This document shows positions 9,801 through 19,670 of a stretch of 32,000 nt of DNA, piece by piece (position 1 is the first letter of the stretch; the number at the start of each line of letters is the position of its first letter). Below the pieces are notes generated by a model. That model had not been told where the DNA came from. It ran no database searches and saw only the letters and a list, made by a program, of their open reading frames with translations. The DNA is from Micromonas pusilla (lineage: Eukaryota), in NCBI GenBank assembly GCA_000151265.1, contig GG663735.1, positions 1,380,854-1,412,853 of the forward strand, in the 5' to 3' direction. The translations under genes were made by a program, and so were the position numbers.

Positions 9801-11504
9801 CAACCCCGCGTCCGCGACGGGCCTCGCCTTCCCCGAGCCCATCTCGCTCCAGATGTCCGCGTACGTCGCGTTGGGACCCCCCGCGAGATCCGACGACGGC
9901 GTCGACGCGCACTCGCGCACCGGCGGCGCGGTGACGCTGCGTTCCGCGATGCCGCCGACGACGGCGAGGAGCCCCTCCAGCGCGAGCAGATGCGTCGGGT
10001 TCAGGACCCCGCCCTGCGGCGGGAACGCGTTGCGAGACAAGATGGTCGTGAGCTCCTCGAACACGTTCGCGCGCTCCATGTCGCAGTCGAAGTTTAGGTA
10101 GACGTCGGGCACGAAATTCGGTTGCCGGCACAGGTCCACGAGGCACTCGAGCGCGATCCTCTGCGACTCCATCGGGACGCCGCCCGCGCCCTCGCCCAGC
10201 GGGAGCAACACCATGCGCAGAAACGCCTCGAGCTGAAGCTTGAGGTGCGAGTGCATCACGAGGTACAGCTGGAGGATCACCGCGGCGACGGCGGCGAGCG
10301 TCGACGGATGCCCCGCGGGCGCGACGGAGAGCACCGCGCGGCACAGGTCGTCCTGCACGAGCTCCAACAGCGGCGCGTGCCTCGCGAAGTGATCCCCCGA
10401 CGACTCGAGCGACGCGAGGACGAGCTGCAGCCCGAACGCGCACGCGCCCTCGGCGTTCTCGTCCGCGTCGCGCTCGAGCGAGACGAACGAGACGCTGAAG
10501 CGGAAGATCTCCAAGACGCACATCAGACCGAACGGCTCCCCGGCGGGCCCTCCGTCGAGCTCCGCGTCGTGCCCGCCGAGGTCGGCGCGCTCGCGCTCGG
10601 TATCCGCCGCGTGCCCTCCGGCGTGTGTGGGCGACCGCGGCGCGGCGTCCGTCGCCGCGCCGGGGCCTTGCTCCGTCGGCGGCGCGGGCGCGGGAGGTTG
10701 CCCCTCCGCGAGCGCCGCCGCCGCCGCCGGCTGTTTCGACGGCGACGGCGGAGGTTTCCCTTCGATGTGATGCGCTCGCCCCGGCGTCGTCCCCGCGCCG
10801 TCCTCGCTCGCGTCGCTCGCGCGCAGGCCGTCCATCTCCGGCAGCCCTTTAAACACGGCGTGCACGATCTCGCGAAGGATGTGCCTGGACAAGTTCCGCA
10901 TCAGCGCGGACTCCTTCCCGGACTGGTGCCCTATGCGGTAGCACGCCTGCACGACGTTGCAGACGTCGTCGTCGCTCAGAAGCCGCCCGGCCGGGCACGT
11001 CACGCACTCGAGGAGGACGTGGAGGATCTTGGATAACACCACGTCGTCGTGGTCCGCGTCCGTGGCTTCGAAGCGGCAGAGCGTCACCGCGTCCGCGACC
11101 GCATGCATCGCGTCCGCGGCGTGCGCGTTGGCGACGTCGATGAGACCGTGCTTCAGGACTTTTAAGACCGCGCCGAGCGCGACGCCGGTGATCGGCCCGG
11201 ACGTCTCCACGCTTCGAATCGTCCTGAGGAACGGCGCGAGGTACTCGATCGGCGGGATGACGTTCCAGTCCTTCCACGTGAACAGCTTGCGCCGCATGGC
11301 TTTGAACTCCTCGAGCAGAGGGTCGTCCGGCGCGTCCGCGTCGTCGTATCCGTACCCGGTCGCGATCGAAAACTTCGCGTTCTGACGCATCACGGCCATC
11401 ACGGCCGCGGACTCGGAGGAGACGATCCCGGCGAAGCCTCGCGCGCGCATCGCGGTCGGGGACGACGCGGAGATCGCGCTCGCGCCGCCGGGCGCGACGC
11501 CCAT
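6855..11504 (-). CDS. large ARF guanine-nucleotide exchange factor with Sec7 domain (GBF1/GNOM class)
   Basis: A 4.9-kb ORF with no stop. The track start at 11771 is TTG; the first in-frame ATG is 11504-11502 (MGVAPGG). DCB-like N-terminus EYLAPFLRTIRSVETSGPITGVALGAVLKVL. Sec7 core FKLPGEAQKISRILEVFAARYY and YSIIMLNTDQHNPQVKRKMT. Internal Gly/Ser homopolymer GGGGGGGGSSSSSSSS. Confidence 0.9.
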   Translation of the reverse strand: MGVAPGGASAISASSPTAMRARGFAGIVSSESAAVMAVMRQNAKFSIATGYGYDDADAPDDPLLEEFKAMRRKLFTWKDWNVIPPIEYLAPFLRTIRSVETSGPITGVALGAVLKVLKHGLIDVANAHAADAMHAVADAVTLCRFEATDADHDDVVLSKILHVLLECVTCPAGRLLSDDDVCNVVQACYRIGHQSGKESALMRNLSRHILREIVHAVFKGLPEMDGLRASDASEDGAGTTPGRAHHIEGKPPPSPSKQPAAAAALAEGQPPAPAPPTEQGPGAATDAAPRSPTHAGGHAADTERERADLGGHDAELDGGPAGEPFGLMCVLEIFRFSVSFVSLERDADENAEGACAFGLQLVLASLESSGDHFARHAPLLELVQDDLCRAVLSVAPAGHPSTLAAVAAVILQLYLVMHSHLKLQLEAFLRMVLLPLGEGAGGVPMESQRIALECLVDLCRQPNFVPDVYLNFDCDMERANVFEELTTILSRNAFPPQGGVLNPTHLLALEGLLAVVGGIAERSVTAPPVRECASTPSSDLAGGPNATYADIWSEMGSGKARPVADAGLKRATALRRARHLKRRLLTCAEHFNRSMKKGLAYTQEIKLLPDPLEPTAVARFLRYTPGLDKEVVGEYLGDHKDFNVSVLKQYADIFNFKGVTLDKALRSFLDGFKLPGEAQKISRILEVFAARYYGANPDAVADADSAYVLSYSIIMLNTDQHNPQVKRKMTLEQFVRNNRGTNGGEDWPRETLESIFDGIVEDEIKLTDESAPTLTPSRWVDMMRACGDGKGRMLQIPEADEAVLYDADLFAIVWSPTVAATSIVFDHAVDESVLKEALDGFLGIARVAGHHKLCDVMDHLVSTLCKFAAPPYLRGDGGGGGGGGGSSSSSSSSATSKRASVRFGEDDKARTAAVTAFTVANRYGDSLRGGWRHLLDLVVRLQKLGLLSEKVRTGLGVDERDGGTMRAFDGGKASTSKPDAKLAKKSSASSSFFRFLSLDADYYGGAAAEAPLTEAEKAAEERAIRCVDACRVDEVFADNSKFLEPEALLHLVRALTSAGGPSRGNATESNPGTPSGAAASPAGGGAGAGLVVAGPEDEDVALFCLDVLVGVTLRNKDRAKALLPHVYGYLRIVVQSAKAPSPLVERAIFELVRVCRRLLPVSDDLNLSDELLDSLRLMFALEPAVADAFIERIARELCVLVSVAADKVRTQKGWDTICKLLMASARHPDAAAHGFSALSRIMGAAVASEDGAAEGASAATPAAATAEGAIVESRVRPWNVKSFVEAAAAFVDATQGGDARSIAAISLLSSACASMCAWCQGDDAVETALAFASLTSPQGASPPPPEQAVTSLRAHALLGPWNDVVGELRRVGESESRAGVRDDALLTLQRVLLAAEGLHAPPTHWMMLIDGALLPMAAALGERCRAAGAGRTPAAAEARVAAERTARIGVGVVAKTFLQYLGGMLSAATPTQFATTWHAILDAMEKLLKHAKSEELQEAVPEAVKNMLLVMSASGALAPGAPEGLWENTWKRAAAIDAGLTPSIVGAKG

Positions 11505-11926
11505 GCCGAGCGGAGGGAGATCGACCGCCGCGCGCGTCGGTTCGATCGAACGCCTCGGCTCGAGTTTCGCGTCGCCTCGAGATCTGCTATCTGCTAGCGG
11601 CCGTCTCCGCTCGCGCGATCTCGCGCCGCGCGACGTCTCGGGCGTCCGCGAGGAACGCGCGTCGGGCTCGCCTGGCGACGCCGCGTGTGCGCGATGCCAG
11701 CTCCGGGCGGTGCGCCGATCGCGCGGCGGTGCCGGCGGTATGGCCACCGAGCGCGCGCGGGACCCGTTCAACTCCGCGGCCGTTCGAACGACGAGCGCGC
11801 TCAGAGTCGCGAGAAGAGCTGGAGAAGAGCTCCGCCGCGCCGACCGCGGCTCGCGCGGCGCCTACTGTCGACGGATTCCTGCCGCCCCCGTCGTCACACC
11901 TTCGAGCGCCCCCGTCGACGTGCGCG

Positions 11927-12892
11927 ATGGGCATCCTCGTCGCGGACTACGGCAGCGACAGCGAAGGCGCGAGCGACGGCGACGGCGACGACGCCGCCGG
12001 AGGCGAGATCGTCCTCGAGCCCGCGGAGGCGACGACCGCGCCGGCGCGGGGAGGAGACGGAGAGGCCGGCGGGGAAAGGGAACGCGACGACGCGCCCGCG
12101 GGGACGTCGACGAAGCGCGCGCTCGAGCCGGAGACGCCGCCGGAGGCGTCCAAGTACGTCGCCTACGGCGGCGGGTGGTACGACAGAGCCGGGAACTACT
12201 GCTGGATCTCCCCGGACGGGACGCTGCATCTGCTGAGGCCGGGGGCGACGTGCGTGCGCTCTCGTCGCCCGCGAGCGAACGCGTTCATTATTCGTTCGTT
12301 CGCTCGTCCTTCCCTCTCGCGTTCCCTCGTTCCCGTCGACTGAACGCGTCCATCTCGTCGCCTCGCGTCCTTCCCTCGCAGCGAGCCGGAGATCAGCGCC
12401 GGCGACGACAAAGGCGGCGGCGACGCCCCCGCGAACGACGCCAAACGCGTCAAGGCGGCGGACATCGCGTCGGAGTCGATGGAGTTCCCGCAGCACAAGA
12501 TCTCGATCCTCCGCGGCGACGGCGTCAAAGCCATCGCGACGAAAACGGGCGCGCGGCTGCGAATCACCGAGGGGAAGATGAAGACGGGGAGCGTCCGCAA
12601 GGGGATCATGTCGACGCTGACGATCACGGGGACGCGCGACGCGGTGAAGTTGGCCAAGGCGGACGCGATCGCGATGCTGGATGCGAACGGCGCGCGCTCG
12701 ACGAAGGACGCGTCGACTGGGAAGTACGAATTCAAGGGACGGCAAGTTTACAACGACACGTACGTCAACGGAGAGAAGCCGCGCGTCGCGCCGGAGTTTG
12801 ACTGGCGGCACAGCGGCATGGGGTGGGATAACGGCGGTTTGACGGGCACGGACGGCGCGTGCGGCGCGCACTGCACGTGGAAAAAGTCGTAG
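11927..12892 (+). CDS. KH-domain protein (exons 11927..12249 and 12382..12892)
   Basis: ATG at 11927 (MGILVADYGSDSEG). Exon 1 ends ...LLRPGA AC|gtgcgtgcg (GT at 12250-12251). The acceptor is ttccctcgcag| (CAG at 12379-12381). The phase-2 junction closes (AC+C = Thr) into track ORF 12479..12892. KH type I-like core HKISILRGDGVKAIATKTGARLRITEG...LTITGTRDAVKLAKADAIAML. TAG at 12890-12892. Confidence 0.65.
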
Positions 12893-12975
12893 GTACTGTT
12901 GCTGGAGAAAAGGAAGGGTGCGTCCGCGTCCGTTCGCGCGTATTGTAAAACTCGATCGATTCGAACACAACAGAG

Positions 12976-15900
12976 CTACGGAGACTTCTCCGCGCCGCCG
13001 TCGGCGCCCTCCTCCGATTCCGACGCGTCCTCGTCCTCGACCTCGCCCTCCTCGCCCACGAACCTGACGTTGTCGAACCCCTGCGCGTACAACTTATCCT
13101 TCGCCCTGAGCCGCGCCTCCACGTCCTCGCCCAAGTCCTTCCCCTCGTTCTCCTCGAGCCACTGCTCCTCCTCCTTCTTCCACGCCGCGGACGTCTTCTC
13201 CGCGGCGACGCCGAGCTCGGACACGTCCACGCCGCCAGCCTCTTGCGTCGCTCGAACGCCCGCGAGAACCTTCGGCGGGGCGTACGCCATCTGCTTCGCG
13301 TCCTCGAGCTCGGGGCGCTGCATGAACCAGTCTCGCATCCACTCCGGGGCGGCGTCGTCGCTCGGGGAGCCATCCGCGGGGTACAGCGATGCCGCCGTCA
13401 TCGCCTCCCGGTCGGTCATCTTTCGCCACTGCCTCGAGATTTCGGTCCAGAACCGGCCCTTCTTCGGGTCGTCGCCCCAGACGGAGTTGATGAAGTCGTC
13501 CCAGAACAGGCCCGTGTCCTCGCCCCAGCGAAGGTCCATCGTGGAGAAGTTATCCACGCGCTGTAACCCCGCCTTGTCGAAGACGCGCATCAAGTTCCGC
13601 CCGTTGATCTCCTTCGTCGTCGCGAGCGCCTCGCGAATGGAGAAGAGCATCTCCGTCCCTTTCGGGTCGTGCATGATCGCGACCGCGCGCTGGCACGCTT
13701 TGACGTACAGCTTGCGAACCTCGTTCGCGATGAGGAGGTCCATCTCGTCGGACACGCCGAGCGCGAACAACGTCTGCTCCTCCGGTTTGATCACGCGGTC
13801 TCGCAAGCCGACGATGGACTTTCCGGGCGGGATCCCAATCATCTTCCCAGGGCTCCGCTGCATGCCGTTGCTCTTCGAGCTCTTCTTCCCTTGGTTTAGG
13901 TACTTCTCCTCGTTCGAGAGGTCCTGTAACACGCACAGCGGGCCGAGGTCGGACCACCCGTGCATCATCACCATCTCGCACGCCATCGCCGTCGCCTCCT
14001 TCATGTCCACGGTGCCAAACTCGCTGACGTTGTCGGGGCCGTAGAGGTACCGCTCCGCCATCTGCCCGGCGACGAGGACGGTCATCTTGCTCTCGTACCA
14101 CTGCCGTAACTTCACCGCGGCGTTGCCGTCGGCGCCGATCTCGTCGGGGACGTACACGATCTGCCCGGACGCCTCGCCGCCGGCGAAGACCTTAACTTTG
14201 GCGATCTCGTCAAAGTTTGGCGCGAGCATCGCCGTGAGCGTCTGCGCGGCAAAGTACGTGCACACGGTGTCGCGCAGGTACGGGTTCATCGCGCGGATCT
14301 TCTCGTTCTCCTGGATCTCGTCCTGGTCCCCGATCGTGCCTTGCCCGGTCGCCTTGAACACGTTGCTCCGTCGAATCTCGTCGATGATGTTCAAGAACAT
14401 GCCGAGGTCGGCGAGGCGGCCGCTGTCCTTCGTCGCCATGGGCGCCGCTCTCAGCGCGGTCGTTCGAACCAAGTTCTCCAAGTCCGCGCCCGTGAACCCC
14501 GCGGTCTGCTTCGCGACGTACTCGTAGTCCAGATCCGGGTCGATGTGCTCCTTGATTTGATCGTACGACGCGTGAAGTTTGATGATGTCGATCCGCGCGC
14601 TTCGGTTCGGAAGCGGCATCTCGATGACGCGGTCGAAGCGCCCGGGGCGAATCAACGCCGGGTCGATCACGTGCGGGCGGTTCGTCGCCGCGAAGATCAT
14701 GACGCCGCTGTTCCCGCCGAAGCCGTCCATCTCGGTCAGGAGCTGGTTGATCGTCGCGACTTGCTCGTCGTTCCCTTGCTCCGCCTGCGACGCGTCTTTT
14801 CTTCGCACGGCGACCGAGTCAAACTCGTCGATGAAGACGATGCACGGCCGGACCGCCCTCGCCTGCTGGAACAAGTTCCGGATCCTCGCCGCGCCGACGC
14901 CGACGAACATCTCCATGAACTCCGTGCCCGCGACGGCGAAGAACGGGACGTTCGCCTCGCCGGCGAGACACCGCGCGAGGAGCGTCTTCCCCGTGCCGGG
15001 CGGGCCGCACAGGAGGACGCCCGCGGGGATCACCGCCCCCGCGGCGACAAACTTTTGGTAGTCGCGCAAGTACGCGATCAGCTCGTTCATCTCCTCCCGC
15101 ACGACGTCGATGCCCGCGATGTCTTTCATCGTCATTCCCGTCCGCGGCTGCGACTCGTACGTCTTCGCGGTGCCGGTGTTCTGCAGGTCCGTCCCTTCCG
15201 TGCTGTCGTTTTGCATCTCGTAGTAGAGCTGCCACATGAACCAGGTCAGGATGACGGGAGTGAAGACGTTGAACGTCGTGCGAATGAACAGCTCGATCGG
15301 GGTGTACTGCCTCGACACGATGTCGATCCCTTTGGAGATCATCATCGTGTACAACGTCGGGTCGTACGGCAGGTTGGCGTAGAACACCTCGTCCGTGTCC
15401 CTCAGGAAAAATTTCACCGAGTTCATGTTCGGCATGTACTCCACCCTCGTGACCCTTCTGGTTTCGCACAGGGCGTAGAAGCCGTTGTACGAGCACTCCG
15501 TCGGCCTGTACGTCGTCCCTTTCACCGCGAACGGGTCGCGGACGTACGCGAGGTTCACGTTTCGAACGAACCGAGGGCCGCCGAGGCCGAGCTTTTTCAT
15601 GAACTTCGTCACCGCGTTGTTTTGCCCGCCGCCCTCCTCCGTCCCCGCGCCGCCGACGGCCACCTTATCGCCGCCGCCTTTCCCGCCGACGCCGGGCATT
15701 CTCGGGAGTTTCAGTCCCTTGCCCTTCTTCTTCTCCGCGGGCGCGGCGACGGCGTTGCTGACGAGGACGCCCTCCTCCGCCGCCGCCGCGTCCGCCGCGC
15801 CCGACGCGGCGGCGGCGGCGCGCGGCGACGCAGCCTCCTCCTCCGCGCCGATCCCCATCGCCGCGCGCTCGCGCTCGAGCGCCATCTGGAACGCCCTCTC

Positions 15901-16701
15901 CTTCGCCGCGGCGATCCGCGCGGCTTTCTTCTCCTCCGCGGCGGTCATCTTCTTCTCCCCCGGCGAAGCCCCGGCGCCGCGTTTTCCTTTCTTCGACTTG
16001 CCCTTCTTCTTCGACGCCGCGACGTCTTCGTCGTCGTCGTCGTCGTCGAAATCGTCGAGGTCGTCGAAAGCCGCCGCGTCGGCGGACGCGGACTTCTTCC
16101 CCTTCTGCAGCGACTTCGCGCGCTCGGCTTTGATCCTTCGAATCTCCGCGAGCTTCTTCAGCCGCGCCTCTTCCTCCTCCGGCGACGCGTCCGCGAGAAG
16201 CATTCCCAGATCCGTCGCGCCGCCGCTCGTCCCAAGACGCCCCCCGCGGTTGGCGACCGCCGCGGACGACGTCCCCGCGCCGCCTCGCGCGGTCTCCTCC
16301 TTGATCGTTGTTCCCGCGTGCGCGACGCCCGCGCCGGCGAACATCGTCGCCGCGGTCACGACCGCGGCCTGCCCGGCGCGGCCCAGGAGGCTCCAATTCA
16401 TCGTCGACGCGCTTCCCGCTCTGCCGTTCGCGCCGGCGGACAGGATCGTCGCTCGCGCGCGACGGCGGTCCGCCTCCTCGCGTCGCGACGCGTCGTCCAC
16501 CTCGGCGTCTTCCGCGTCGTCGTCGCGCGGCGCGGTCGCGGCGGCGACGACGCGTCCGCGCGCGCGCCTTCGCGCGCCCCACGCGGACGCGCCGCGCCGC
16601 AGCGGGCGCACCGCGGCGCCCATTTCGCCTGCCGCCGCCCCACCGCCGCGCGCGACGCGCGTCGGGGCGGTCGTCGACGCCATCGCCGAGGCGCCGAGCA
16701 T
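12976..16701 (-). CDS. FtsH-like AAA+ ATPase lacking the zinc-protease HEXXH motif (FtsHi type), long charged N- and C-terminal extensions
   Basis: 1241-codon ORF from ATG 16701-16699. Walker A is GPPGTGKT, Walker B is IVFIDEFD, and the second region of homology is ATNRPHVIDPALIRPGRFDR. An M41-like domain follows, but where FtsH has AYHEAGHA this protein reads CTYFAAQTL. The later FtsH-like stretch LVAGQMAERYLYGPDNVSEFGTVDMKEATAMACEMVMMHGWSDLGPL is retained. Arg/Ala-rich leader and acidic/basic low-complexity tracts (DDLDDFDDDDDDED, KKKGKSKKGKRG). Confidence 0.9.
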   Translation of the reverse strand: MLGASAMASTTAPTRVARGGGAAAGEMGAAVRPLRRGASAWGARRRARGRVVAAATAPRDDDAEDAEVDDASRREEADRRRARATILSAGANGRAGSASTMNWSLLGRAGQAAVVTAATMFAGAGVAHAGTTIKEETARGGAGTSSAAVANRGGRLGTSGGATDLGMLLADASPEEEEARLKKLAEIRRIKAERAKSLQKGKKSASADAAAFDDLDDFDDDDDDEDVAASKKKGKSKKGKRGAGASPGEKKMTAAEEKKAARIAAAKERAFQMALERERAAMGIGAEEEAASPRAAAAASGAADAAAAEEGVLVSNAVAAPAEKKKGKGLKLPRMPGVGGKGGGDKVAVGGAGTEEGGGQNNAVTKFMKKLGLGGPRFVRNVNLAYVRDPFAVKGTTYRPTECSYNGFYALCETRRVTRVEYMPNMNSVKFFLRDTDEVFYANLPYDPTLYTMMISKGIDIVSRQYTPIELFIRTTFNVFTPVILTWFMWQLYYEMQNDSTEGTDLQNTGTAKTYESQPRTGMTMKDIAGIDVVREEMNELIAYLRDYQKFVAAGAVIPAGVLLCGPPGTGKTLLARCLAGEANVPFFAVAGTEFMEMFVGVGAARIRNLFQQARAVRPCIVFIDEFDSVAVRRKDASQAEQGNDEQVATINQLLTEMDGFGGNSGVMIFAATNRPHVIDPALIRPGRFDRVIEMPLPNRSARIDIIKLHASYDQIKEHIDPDLDYEYVAKQTAGFTGADLENLVRTTALRAAPMATKDSGRLADLGMFLNIIDEIRRSNVFKATGQGTIGDQDEIQENEKIRAMNPYLRDTVCTYFAAQTLTAMLAPNFDEIAKVKVFAGGEASGQIVYVPDEIGADGNAAVKLRQWYESKMTVLVAGQMAERYLYGPDNVSEFGTVDMKEATAMACEMVMMHGWSDLGPLCVLQDLSNEEKYLNQGKKSSKSNGMQRSPGKMIGIPPGKSIVGLRDRVIKPEEQTLFALGVSDEMDLLIANEVRKLYVKACQRAVAIMHDPKGTEMLFSIREALATTKEINGRNLMRVFDKAGLQRVDNFSTMDLRWGEDTGLFWDDFINSVWGDDPKKGRFWTEISRQWRKMTDREAMTAASLYPADGSPSDDAAPEWMRDWFMQRPELEDAKQMAYAPPKVLAGVRATQEAGGVDVSELGVAAEKTSAAWKKEEEQWLEENEGKDLGEDVEARLRAKDKLYAQGFDNVRFVGEEGEVEDEDASESEEGADGGAEKSP

Positions 16702-17259
16702 CGCGCCGACGCGCCGCGCGCGCTACGCGACGCGAGCTCCGACGCGAGCGCGACGCTCGAGCCCGCTCGCGTCGGAGCGCGCGAGCCTCGCCTCGCGCGT
16801 CGCCTCGCGCGTCGGCGGTGACCTAACGAACCCTGCGAATCGAGGGTTTCGTTCGGTTGGAGCCTCGATCGGTGATCGACGCGCGAATCCCGCCGCCCGC
16901 GAACGCGCTCGCGCGTCGACTCGCGACGCCCCCGAGGGATGCCAGACGCGACCCGCGCGCTCTCGACGGACGAAGTGCGCGCGCGCGGAGATTCGATTCG
17001 CGCGTGCGTGCTCGCGTCCCTCGCTGTGCGCGCGAAGCCGGCGGCAGCGACGCGCGACGGCGAATTGCACTTTTTAGTTATCGAGGCCGGCCGAGCCTGG
17101 CAGGCGGCGCGACCGTCCGCGGCCGGCTTTCGAAGGGCACTTTCCGCGGACTGGACGATCACCGATCGCCACAGCGTCACGCGCGCGACGAGAGCCTCGG
17201 GTCGACGCGTCGATCATCACACCGCGCGCGCGCGCCCGCATCCTCGCGCCGTCGCCGTC

Positions 17260-19239
17260 ATGGACCTGCTCGCGCAGTACTCCGGCAGCAGCGACCGCGG
17301 CGGCGACGACGACGACGACGCGGCGACGACGTACGTCTCCAGATCGGTGAACGCGGCCCCGGACGTCGTCGTCGCGGGGAAGGCGATGACGACGGACGAC
17401 CAGGGGAGGGACATCGTCGTCGCGACGAACGTGGCGTCGCAGATGATAGGTGCGTCCGGTCCGGACGCCTCGCGCCGCCGCGGCGGGCCGCCGCCCGCGC
17501 GCGCGCGCGTCCTCCCTCGCGCGCCCCTCCAGATCGCGCGGGAACCCTACTACGACTGATATTTCATTCTTTCGATTCGCCACCTCTCTCCTCACTGACC
17601 ATTCATTAACCCCGACGCCCGCTCGCTCGCTCGCGCAGATCCCGCGAAGAAGAAGATGTGGCACAACCCTAAATACGAAGACCTCCACGCGCCGCTGCAA
17701 GGCCCGCATCACCCGGTCCACGGCGACGTCGGCGTGTCGAGGGCGACGAGGAATCACGCGCAGGGGCACGTCCAGACGGTGCGCATGAACCAGTTCACGT
17801 TCGACGAGCAACACGCGACGTTCCAAGCCCAAGGGTGGGCCGCGGAGCCCTCGGGGCGAGGGTTCGTGGGCGACATGAACGCGCTGAGGGAGGCGAACGC
17901 GGACACGGTGTACGGGATGAACCGCGCGAAGCGGCAGAAGATGCGCGATCAGATCATCGCGGAGATGGCGTCGCACGACGACGGCGAGAAACCGGATTTC
18001 AGCGCGTGGGCCCCCGCGCGCGACGCGATGCCGCCGCTGAAGACGACAGACCTCACGGAGGAGCAAAAGGAGTACGTTACGTGGCACGCCGCGCGGAGGG
18101 AGGCGAACATGCGCGCGCGGGGGAAGATCAGGGACGAGGATGGGAACAAGATCACGGACGCCGCCGCCGCCGCGGGCGCGGAGGGCGCGGAGGGCGCGGG
18201 CGCGGAGGACGACGGGAAGAGCGGCGACCGGAGCTTCTTCCACGGGAAGGAGCTCAAGAACTACGCCGGCGAGGCGTGGATCGCGCCGCCGAAGGACCGG
18301 AAGAAGGAGAACGATCACTGCTACGCGCCGAAGCGGTGCATTCACACGTGGAGCGGGCACACGAAGGGCGTGCAGGCGATTCGATTTTTCCCTCACCACG
18401 GCCACCTCATCCTGAGCGCGGGTCTGGACAGCAAGATCAAGATCTGGGACGTGCACAACAGCGGGAAGTGTATGCGGACGTACTTGGGACACGACAAGGC
18501 GATCAAGGACATTCAGTTCAACAACGACGGCACGCGGTTCATATCGTCGTCGTGGGATAAAAAGTTAAAACTCTGGGACACGGAAACCGGAAAGGTGATT
18601 CGGACGTTGACCTCCGGCAAGATCGCGTACGCGGTGAAAATGCACCCGGACGAGGACAAGCAGAACATTCTCATGGCCGCGCAGAGCGACAAGAAGATTC
18701 TGCAGTACGACATGAACTCCGGGGACGTCGTGCAGGAGTACGACCAGCACTTGGGCGCAGTGAACACGATCACGTTTTGCGACGAGGGCCGGCGTTTCGC
18801 GACGACGTCGGATGACAAATCTCTGCGGGTGTGGGAGTTTGGGATCCCCGTGACGATGAAGTACATCGCGGATCCGTCGATGCACTCGATGCCCGCGGTG
18901 ACCGCGTCCCCGAACGGGAACTGGATCGCGTGCCAGAGTCTCGATAACCAGATCATGATTTACAGCACGAAGGATAAATTCCGTCTGAACAAGAAGAAGC
19001 GGTTCACCGGGCACTCCAACGCGGGGTACGCGTGCCAGGTGAACTTTTCCCCGGACGGAAGGTTCATCATGTCCGGCGATTCGGAGGGGAAGTGCCACTT
19101 CTGGGACTGGAAGTCCGGGAGGATTTTCAAGACGCTCAGGGCGCACGACAAGGTCACGATCGGGTGCGAGTGGCACCCGTTGGAGCAGTCGAAAGTCGCG
19201 ACGTGCTCGTGGGACGGCACGATAAAATACTGGGACTGA
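17260..19239 (+). CDS. PRP17: pre-mRNA splicing factor PRP17/CDC40, WD40 repeat protein (exons 17260..17449 and 17639..19239)
   Basis: ATG at 17260 (MDLLAQYSGSS...). Exon 1 ends ...SQMI G|gtgcgtccg (GT at 17450-17451). The acceptor is ctcgcgcag| (CAG at 17636-17638). The phase-1 junction closes (G+AT = Asp), giving DPAKKKMWHNPKYEDLHAPLQGP, the conserved PRP17 N-terminal motif. The C-terminal half has seven WD40-like units (GHTKGVQAIRFFP..., LKLWD, LRVWEF, IKYWD). Confidence 0.9.
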
Positions 19240-19274
19240 CGTATGTAGCATTGCTCAAATACTCATCACACTAC

Positions 19275-19340
19275 TACTCACATACTCCTCGCCGCCGCCG
19301 CCGCCGCCGGACTACTCTACGCCTCCCTCAGCTCGCGCAG
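19275..19340. repeat. direct repeat A: 66-bp copy of the SET gene 3' end (last 8 codons, stop and 3' UTR), flanks the left inverted-repeat arm
   Basis: tactcacatactcctcgccgccgccgccgccgccggactactctacgcctccctcagctcgcgcag matches 19886..19956, apart from one substitution (gcc/acc) and a 5-bp indel (gtact). Confidence 0.9.
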
Positions 19341-19467
19341 TCGGAGAAATCCCCCACGAGAATTCGTGCGGCCACCTCACAGTTAAAGATCGAGCCCTGG
19401 TTTACCAGGACTTGCCAACCCAGCTTCAGCGATGAAGCGCGGTGAACTGACCCTTGACACCGATCAA

Positions 19468-19540
19468 GGGGACGTAGCTCAATTGGCAGAGCGCTCGCTT
19501 CGCATGCGAGAGGTACGGGGATCGAAGCCCTGCGTCTCCA
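19468..19540 (+). tRNA. tRNA-Ala(CGC): tRNA-Ala, anticodon CGC, nuclear type (no encoded CCA)
   Basis: 73-nt cloverleaf folded by hand. Acceptor GGGGACG/CGTCTCC includes the G3:U70 alanine identity pair. D arm GCTC-AATTGGCA-GAGC. Anticodon arm CTCGC-TTCGCAT-GCGAG. Variable loop AGGTA. T arm CGGGG-ATCGAAG-CCCTG. Discriminator A. Confidence 0.92.
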
Positions 19541-19546
19541 ATTACC

Positions 19547-19556
19547 TTTTGCTTTT
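19547..19556 (+). terminator. RNA polymerase III terminator T-runs downstream of tRNA-Ala
   Basis: TTTTGCTTTT begins 7 nt after the tRNA 3' end. Confidence 0.6.
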
Positions 19557-19670
19557 CGTATGCGAACCACCCAGGCGGGCAACGCGCGCGTACTACGTGC
19601 AGGGCCAGTGCGGGCCAGCCATCGTTTTGGTGTTTCTTCGCGCGTTCCGACGTCCGCGGAAGTCAGAACG

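Noticed and set aside
6802-11385. Multiple 100-500-aa ORFs in other frames or on the other strand across the ARF-GEF gene (for example 6802..8358, 8908..10521, 10122..11036)
   Set aside because: They have no motifs and low-complexity Arg/Ala composition. The 1549-codon Sec7 frame explains the region.
16826-16856. Imperfect hairpin cgaaccct-gcgaatcg-agggtttcg in the divergent FtsHi/PRP17 promoter region
   Set aside because: The stem is short with a bulge, occurs once, and has no partner motif elsewhere in the window. It is not distinguishable from chance in GC-rich DNA.
13094-17077. Long + strand ORFs (14341..16821, 15485..17077, 12899..14044) and the - strand off-frame ORF 13094..13429, all overlapping the FtsH-like gene
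   Set aside because: Their composition is Arg/Ser/Ala-rich nonsense. The main - strand frame carries the Walker A/B, SRH and M41-like domains continuously.
19380-19430. Hairpin CCTGG-TTTA-CCAGG and a T-arm-like GATCGAGCCCTGG upstream of tRNA-Ala, considered as a second tRNA or a tRNA-derived SINE remnant
   Set aside because: I could not fold a cloverleaf on either strand. There is no acceptor stem and the loop has only 4 nt. It may still be a promoter or boundary element.
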